A stretch of DNA of 64,000 nucleotides, taken from the NCBI GenBank assembly GCA_951406725.2, contig OX597824.1:50344001-50408000 (forward strand), written 5' to 3'. Within the stretch, counting starts at the first letter, position 1; each line of letters begins with the position of its first letter. Shown here one piece after another: positions 56,310 through 64,000 of this stretch. Below the pieces are notes generated by a model. It was given only the letters and a program-made list of their open reading frames with translations. It was not told the origin of the DNA and searched no databases. The translations under genes were made by a program, and so were the position numbers. The stretch is from Octopus vulgaris (lineage: Eukaryota).

Positions 56310-56671
56310 AATAGGCACAAGGACTGAAATTTGTTGAGTGGTGTTTAGTCGATTACATCGACTCTAGTACTCAGGTGGTACTTATTTTCTCAATCTCGAA
56401 ATGGCGAAAGGCAAAATTGTTCCCGGCACAATTTATAATAATATAATAATATAATGTAATAATTTCAAATTTTGGCACAAGGTCAGCAGGTTTAGAGAAG
56501 GGGGATACGTCGATCAAATGGACCCCAGTACTCAACTGGTGCTTTATAGACTCGGAAAAGAGGAAAAGCAAAAATCGACCTCGGTGGAATTTGAACTTAA
56601 AGCGTAAAGACTGACGAAATGCCGCTAAGCATTTTGCTCGGCATGCTAATGATTCTGCCAGCACACTGCCT
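56310..56671 (-). mobile_element. Two SINE family C fragments
   Basis: ggcacaagg..tcgattacatcgac..gaaaggcaaa; gaaatgccgctaagcattt..ctgccagc. Confidence 0.75.
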
Positions 56672-56750
56672 CACCTTAGAATATAACAATAACAATAATA
56701 ACAAGCAAACAAACAAAAACAATTTTCACCGAAATAAAATATTTCTTTAT

Positions 56751-56985
56751 TTCACCTCTTTATAGATACTTAAATATAAATGATACAAACAGCATTTGTC
56801 GATATTTAAATAAAATACATCTAAAAATAATTAGACAATTATAAATATGAATTGCTGTTTTTGAGATAGAGCGAAATTAAATAACTTTCAAAGTCGAAAT
56901 AAAACATATTATTTTGCAAACAATGTGATGTTCTCAATAGTTTATGCGATGTTTACTTTGATGTTGAAAAGACAGTTTCTATCAT
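56751..56985 (+). repeat. Direct repeat copy 1 (copy 2 at 61460-61715)
   Basis: atttgtcgatatttaaataaaat..gagatagagcgaaattaaataactttcaaag..gaaaagacagtttctatca shared. Confidence 0.9.
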
Positions 56986-57123
56986 TTACCGATTTTTATA
57001 CTACAATAAAATAAGAATTTTATTGTTTTCATTTGATTTCTTCCTCGATATGAAATTTAGTAACATATATGTATTGCTGTGCGCGAGTGTTTATATATAT
57101 ATAAATACATACATACATACATA

Positions 57124-57160
<37 letters not shown>

Positions 57161-57217
57161 TCGTGTATGCGTATACATACACACACACTCACATACACGT
57201 GTGGCCTATTTGTTGGG

Positions 57218-57524
57218 ATGTGGCTTAGTAATTAGGGTATTCGGCTCAGGTTTCTAAAGTGGTGAGTTCAATTCCTGGGGGGTGTGTTGTGTCCTTGAGC
57301 AAGTCACTTTATTTCATATCGCTCCAGTTTACTCAGTTGGCAAAAATGAGTAGTACCTTTAATTCAAAGGGCCAGCCTTGTTACATTCTCTATCACGCTG
57401 AACCACCCTTATAACTACGTTAATGGTACGCGTGTCTGTGAAGTACTCAACCACTTGTACGTTAATTTCACGAGCAAACTGTTACGTTGATCAGATTAGC
57501 TGGAGCATTCGTCGTCGTAACCGA
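57218..57524 (+). mobile_element. SINE family B copy
   Basis: Aligns to 23716-24037. Confidence 0.87.
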
Positions 57525-57572
57525 CATACATATATGTGTGTGTGTGTGTGTGTATGTGTATATGTATGTATG

Positions 57573-57643
<71 letters not shown>

Positions 57644-57734
57644 GTGTATATATATACATACATACATACATACATACATACATACATACATACATACATA
57701 CATACATACATTAGTGAATGGAGTCGATAAAATC

Positions 57735-57988
57735 CAAGCTACATATGTTTCATAGCTAGTCAAACTTCAGAGGTAGAAGATAACCTAAACTATAGGTAGA
57801 CCGCAAGCTACTCTTCAGGCCAAGAACACCTTGATTATATGAAGTTTACATTGTCGTTAGGAGATTCCGTGTTAACTCGTTGGAGATTGTATCGAATCTT
57901 TGGTCTGAAGAGTAACTTGCGGTCTATCCCACATTTGGGTAATCTACTACTTTTGATGTTCCGTTAGCTTTGAAACATATGCAGCCTG
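57735..57988. repeat. Inverted repeat whose arms each encode a hammerhead with a long stem II
   Basis: Minus 57737-57821: ggc-CTGAAGA-gtagc..gctat-GAAA-catatg-TA-gct; plus 57902-57986: ggt-CTGAAGA..GAAA-catatg-CA-gcc. Confidence 0.75.
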
Positions 57989-58125
57989 AAACATATCGCA
58001 CTTCGATACTGGAAAAATTCACAATCTTCTTCGCCAATAAATCATTATTGTTTCTGAAAGTTGTTTTTCACGTCTTCTATGGATTGCTTGAAGTTCACTA
58101 ACTTTCTACTCCTTGATCCTTGGGT

Positions 58126-58179
<54 letters not shown>

Positions 58180-58388
58180 GAATATTATATATATATACGG
58201 AGATGTACTTGCATGGCAAATGACCTGCTCTGAGATCGTGTGCTGGAACGAAAACAGTTGCAGCGTGGAAGGTGTTTATAAGCCATTTAAGAAACACACA
58301 CATATATATATATAGATGAGTAACAAAGATGTGCAGATCGACCTAACAAGGTGCATCATTTTAAGTACCTAATTTGAACTGAATCTTG

Positions 58389-58440
<52 letters not shown>

Positions 58441-58445
<5 letters not shown>

Positions 58446-58782
58446 CGTGGCTCAGTGGCTAGAGTGTCGGGCTCAGTGATTAGACAATCGGGATGAGATA
58501 GTGAGTTCGACTCCTGAACCGGGCTGTGTTGTGTTCTTGAGCAAGACACTTCATTTCACATTGCTCCATTTCACTCAGCTGTAGAAATAAGATGCAACAT
58601 CACTGGTGCCAAGCTGTATCGGCCTTTGCCTTTCCCTTGTATTACATCGGTGTTGTGGAGAGGGGGGATTGGAATGCAAGGGCAAATGCTGGTCTCCTAT
58701 AATCAACCTTACCTGGACTTGATCCTTTGGTGGGGGACTTTCTAGGTGCAATCCCATGGTTATTCATGACCGAATATGGGGT
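58441..58782 (+). mobile_element. SINE sharing the family B head and core but with a different tail
   Basis: gtggctcagtggctagag, gagttcgactcc, ttgagcaagacactt; tail ggtgcaatcccatggttattcatgaccgaa. Confidence 0.8.
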
Positions 58783-58948
58783 TTCTTCTTCTTCTTCTTC
58801 TTCTTCTTCTTCTTCTTCTTCTTCTTCTTCTTCTTCTTCTTCTTCTTCTTCTTCTTCTTCTTCTTCTTCTTCTTCTTCTTCTTCTTCTTCTTCTTCTTCT
58901 TCTTCTTCTTCTTCTTCTTCTTCTTCTTCTTCTTCTTCTTCTTCTTCT
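58783..58948. repeat. (TTC)n microsatellite
   Basis: About 55 perfect units. Confidence 0.97.
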
Positions 58949-59550
58949 TTCTATCTATCTATCTTCGTGTGTGTGTGTGTCTTTGTGTATATATTTGTTC
59001 CCCACCACTGCTTGACACTATGTCACTGTAACCTAGTGGTTCGTCAAAAATTAACGATAGAATAAGTACCAGGGTTAAAAAAAATAAATATTCAAGGCAG
59101 TACCCCAGCATGGCAGCGGTTTAAAGGACGAAACAAATAAAAAAGGAAATAGCTCATCAACGAAACTGATGCAGCAAAGTTTGCTTTGATGCAGGAAGCA
59201 GTCATAATGAAGCTCGCAAAATCCAGAAAGCGCAATAATTTAGCAGCAATGAAGCTCTCTGGTGCCTATGCGTCTACATGAGCCTTTTCAGTGATATGAA
59301 GACTTCGGGATTCAAAGATTTGTTGTACAAGGTCCAAGACACAACGCTTAGAGCCTTATTCTGTCATCATCACTAGCGCAACGCTCTTCTCTCTGAATAC
59401 AAGTGAACAGTTTAACAGAGTAGTAGAGAGTTGAGAACATTTCTGGACAAGAGCAGGATGCATAATTCAAATTGCACCCGCGCGCGCGCACACACACATA
59501 TGTATATCATTGATATCATAAGAATTTAATTAACTTTCGAGAGAACGTGA

Positions 59551-59593
<43 letters not shown>

Positions 59594-59825
59594 ATAGTTA
59601 ATATCAAAGCGCATATCAGATATAAGTAATAGCATGTAAATATTAGGTGGAAAAAGCATTTTCAATAGTAAAAGTCGAAGGCCGGCGGGGTGACACGACC
59701 ACATCTACTGACAGACGTTCTACCATTAGACCAAAGCAACTCTTCGAATTCCTCTATCCATTTTAGAAATCTTATTCGAAAATTATATTTCTGACGTTAT
59801 AAGAATTGTATAAAATTTCTTCTAC

Positions 59826-59954
59826 TCCTCCTCCTTCTTCTTCTTCTTCTTCTTCTTCTTCTTCTTCTTCTTCTTCTTCTTCTTCTTCTTCTTCTTCTTC
59901 TTCTTCTTCTTCTTCTTCTTCTTCTTCTTCTTCTTCTTCTTCTTCTTCTTCTTC
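59826..59954. repeat. (TTC)n microsatellite
   Basis: About 40 perfect units. Confidence 0.97.
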
Positions 59955-60509
59955 ATGTTTGTGGGTGTGCGAGCGCGCATGTGTATGTTTGGACATGTGC
60001 GCTTACGCGATTACTATGAACATTTTTACTCCCTTACTTTTACTCCGTCTCCTTACTTAGCTATCATTCTAATAGCTCTTTTGTCTTAATAACACAGTAA
60101 TTTCCCTTTGTTTAGCGGTCATTTTAAGAAAAGTACTCATCTTAAGAAAAGAGTTATCAAGGCATTTACAGTACAGGGTTTTGTTGTTTCTGTTTGTTCT
60201 AACTAATACTTCCTAAATACCTTTCAATATATGAAAAAATACTAAATATTGTGCAATTATCCTTACAATACTAGAATAGATTGAACCAACAAAGTGCTGT
60301 AGAGAAAAGTTACAAATATAACGAACGAATATAAATTTAGAAATAAATAAATGACTATGGATGTTACGTCAAAACGAATATGATTTTTGAATTTGGTGGT
60401 AAAAAATGCATATATGAACATTAAAAAATACAGATAAACAAAACGTGTTATATTGTGTAATACATATATAAATATATATATTAAATTACCTTTATCAAGT
60501 GGAAAAATT

Positions 60510-60592
60510 TGTCAGCAAGTGGGATTCGAACCCATATATCTTGATATGACTCTGGCTAAGACTTTACCATGAAGTTAAACTGCCTGCTGACA
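60510..60592 (-). pseudogene. tRNA-like pseudogene/repeat (3' half resembles tRNA-Leu)
   Basis: Minus strand gggttcgaatcccacttgctgaca T-arm and acceptor; terminal tgtcagca/tgctgaca pairing; D and anticodon arms not canonical. Confidence 0.5.
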
Positions 60593-60789
60593 ACATCCGA
60601 TTTTAGATGATTTAGAAGAGTAATTTCCCCAAAATTTTTGTCGGTCTTACAGTATTTCTGCAATCGAAAATAAATTATCATCTTACTTGTAGTTACATAC
60701 ACACATTTCGCGCTTTTAAAAAAACAAAAAAAGTCCTAGTTTACTTTTATATATATATATATATCTATATCTATATATATATATATATA

Positions 60790-60980
60790 TACTTTATTAC
60801 AAAAGCAACAAAAATATCACAAAAACTGTTACTCAGAGATTCCGGGCGAACGGAACGAGAAACTCTGAGTTACAGTTTTTGTGATATTTTTGTTGCTTTA
60901 TTAATAAAGCATATTACTCTACCTCCGGTATTCAAGTACTATATTTTCCACCTCGTTTTGCATTTATGTGCTTACTCTAG
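60790..60980 (+). mobile_element. Short inverted-repeat element beside (TA)n with the 3' half of a hammerhead
   Basis: Arms ~60790-60839 and ~60862-60910; GAAA-ctc-t-gag-TT-acag. Confidence 0.7.
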
Positions 60981-61459
60981 TATATATGTGTGTGTGTTTG
61001 TGCGTGCGTGTGTGTGTGTGTGTGCGCATATGTACGTATGTATGTATGTATGTATGTATGTATGTATGTATGTATGTATGTATGTATGTATGTATGGATG
61101 GATGGATGGATGGATGGATACAATTCATCATGTGCGGACAGTCTAGTGTATGTTTATTGATAAATATGGCAAACAAAATTACAACTCCGAAGAATGGTCT
61201 AAAGAAACTGTTCGAGGACACACATAAGCGAATTGAGAAGATAATGTCTTTATTCAGGCAAAATAGCCGCTTGAGCGAGTCTGTGATTCGGATATGTAAC
61301 CCCAGATAACCTTACCTGTGCATTAATATATATATACATGATCTCGCCACCCTACCTCACAAATATATCCTTATAGAAACAGAATTTCCAATAATAATCT
61401 CGAGACACGAGAAAAATATGAAACAAGCATTCAACAACAACAAAAATACGCTCTTTGTG

Positions 61460-61715
61460 TCACCTCTTTGATTTAAATACTTATAGTTTGATTCATGATA
61501 CAAGCAGAATTTGTCGATATTTAAATAAAATATATCTAAAAATAATTAGACAAAAATTAGACGAAAAATTAGACAATATGAATTGCTGTTTTTGAGATAG
61601 AGCGAAATTAAATAACTTTCAAAGCCGAAATAAAACATATTATTTTGCAAACAATGTGATGTTCTCAATAGTTTATACGTTGTGTACTTTGATGTTGAAA
61701 AGACAGTTTCTATCA
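61460..61715 (+). repeat. Direct repeat copy 2 of 56751-56985
   Basis: Same sequence plus a local aattagac triplication. Confidence 0.9.
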
Positions 61716-61838
61716 ATTACTGTTGTTGCTTTATGAAAATAATTCCACAATGAAATTTCAGTTTTATTGACATTTGATTCTTTGCTAGCGGTAGTGGTGG
61801 TGTGTGGGAGTATATACGTTTTGTATTCCATAAATTAA

Positions 61839-61987
61839 ATCTAACACAGTTTGATATGTCGCTCATATTACGCATAGCTTAAAATCACTCATATAATCTC
61901 CCGAATCTCTTTCTTTCTTTTTTTATTGTTTGATTTTATGAATGATTTTAAGCTATGCGTAATATGAACGACATATCAAACTGTGTT

Positions 61988-61991
<4 letters not shown>
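61839..61991. repeat. Inverted repeat with 60-bp arms abutting (TA)n
   Basis: atctaacacagtttgatatgtcg..aatc vs gatt..cgacatatcaaactgtgttagat. Confidence 0.9.
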
Positions 61992-62038
<47 letters not shown>

Positions 62039-62039
62039 T

Positions 62040-62182
62040 CTTCCAGTTTCCGTCTACCAATACCAACCAGAAGACTTTGGTTGGGTTGGCCCGCGGCTAT
62101 AAGAGAAGACATGTAGTGGGATTGAACCTGGAACCATGTAGTTGGGAAGCAAGCTTCTTACCACACAGCCACTCCTGCACCT
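62040..62182 (-). mobile_element. SINE family A 5' half
   Basis: cagtttccgtctaccaaa..cttaccacacagccactcctgcacc. Confidence 0.85.
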
Positions 62183-62334
62183 ATAAATAGAGTGCAGCAG
62201 TGTTCCACAATACTCCCTGCCAAAGCCTTTTGGAGCTTTAGGTATTCTCGCTCAGTAAACACTCACAACGCTCGCTCTGGGTGTCGAAACAGTGATCACA
62301 CGATCGCGAGTCCGCTGCCCTTATATATATACTT

Positions 62335-62386
<52 letters not shown>

Positions 62387-62491
62387 AAGTATATATACGC
62401 GTATGTGTGTGTGCATATGTGCGCGTTGCGTGTATGCGTGTATGTATGTACGTATCCATGTATGTATGTATATATACACACACACACACAC

Positions 62492-62536
<45 letters not shown>

Positions 62537-62766
62537 CATGTATGTATGTATATATGCATACACAAACACATTTGTATATAGATGTATATTTGGATATATG
62601 CAAATATGTACATACATGTATAATTGTTTTACCGTCTTAGCATATGTTTGTATGTGTTAATATATGTATGCAGAAATTTTATACGCACATTCATACTTAT
62701 TTAGCAACTTCATTTTTTTTAACAATTCAAGATATTCACGTTTTTTAGCAAACATAACTTGCCCAG

Positions 62767-62829
<63 letters not shown>

Positions 62830-62904
62830 TATGTAGGTACATATATACATGTAGATATATGCGTGCATATATGTGTGTATATGTTTGTATATCTGTATAT
62901 ATAG

Positions 62905-62993
<89 letters not shown>

Positions 62994-63379
62994 CGCACGT
63001 GAATACATACATATACATACATAAAGAAATCTTCTTCCGTTCTTATCCGAAAGGATGCGATTTTGCAAGAAAGAATGCCGAAGGCCAAACACCAAACTAT
63101 ATAATATAGCACCTTTTAACATGAGGTGTTCTTCGCCAAGGTATTCATTATAGCTGCCGCTGTTGTCGGTGGCTTTCTACATTGCTTCTTTGTTTGTTTC
63201 TGACATTGTTTCTGCAACCTTTTCCTAAACAAATCCATCTCTATTTAAGCAAATATATGAATATATTTTTGTAGCTATCATCGGAAACGCGTGTCAGTCA
63301 AATATTTGGTGGGAGTACAATAACGTATATGTAATTGTGTGCTTCATATCTGTATTATTACGTCTTATCTCTCTTTTCC

Positions 63380-63459
<80 letters not shown>

Positions 63460-63580
63460 GCATCCATTGATTATTTTCCTTTTTTTCATTGTACCACTTT
63501 TTATTGTAACCTAACTCGCTAGTTTTATTATTGCATGTTTGTGTGTGTGTACATATACATACATACATACATACATACAT

Positions 63581-63663
<83 letters not shown>

Positions 63664-63751
63664 CAAGTATGTATGTATGTATATTATATATTTCACATGA
63701 AATGTACACTAATTTATATATATATATATTATATATACATACAATACATAT

Positions 63752-63794
<43 letters not shown>

Positions 63795-64000
63795 TAAATA
63801 AATAGATAGAGAAAGACAGAGTGAGAGAGCCAAAAAGAGAGAAAGAGAGTAATAGAGGGTGAAACAGAGAGAGCGAAAACAAGATAAGATGGTAAAAGAC
63901 ACACATACATATATGTATAAGTGAGTGTATGGATCTTCTCTCTGTTAAGATACATGCATATATATACACACATGTATAAATGCAAATACAATCACGCACA

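Noticed and set aside
61165-61320. Short ORF MANKITTPK.. and a minus-strand CAG/GTAAG donor as a host exon
   Set aside because: No recognisable homology and no coherent exon with an acceptor
63283-63300. GAAAcgcgtgTC as the 3' half of a hammerhead
   Set aside because: No upstream CTGANGA or stem II visible

Overview
Eukaryotic, AT-rich, extremely microsatellite-dense non-coding DNA. The tRNA-derived SINE families and the (TA)n/(TATG)n/(TATC)n load strongly suggest an octopus genome (inference). No host protein-coding exon can be supported; almost all listed ORFs are translations of simple repeats. Recognisable content: more than 25 copies or fragments of three SINE families, decayed non-LTR retrotransposon pieces (R4/Dong-like RT+REL endonuclease, RTE-like, two Penelope-like protein remnants), a hAT-type MITE, and a 64-nt piece matching the 5' end of 18S rRNA. 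The main signal is a set of about ten non-coding elements of largely different sequence that each carry a minimal type I hammerhead ribozyme motif (stem I-CUGANGA-stem II-GAAA-palindromic stem III-UH-stem I). Most sit in (TA)n or (AAT)n tracts as head-to-head inverted repeats and/or more-than-unit-length tandem repeats (362-bp and 562-bp units), i.e. Penelope pLTR/retrozyme-like elements. One is fused directly to a Penelope-like ORF remnant. All folds and alignments were done by eye, and repeat boundaries are approximate.
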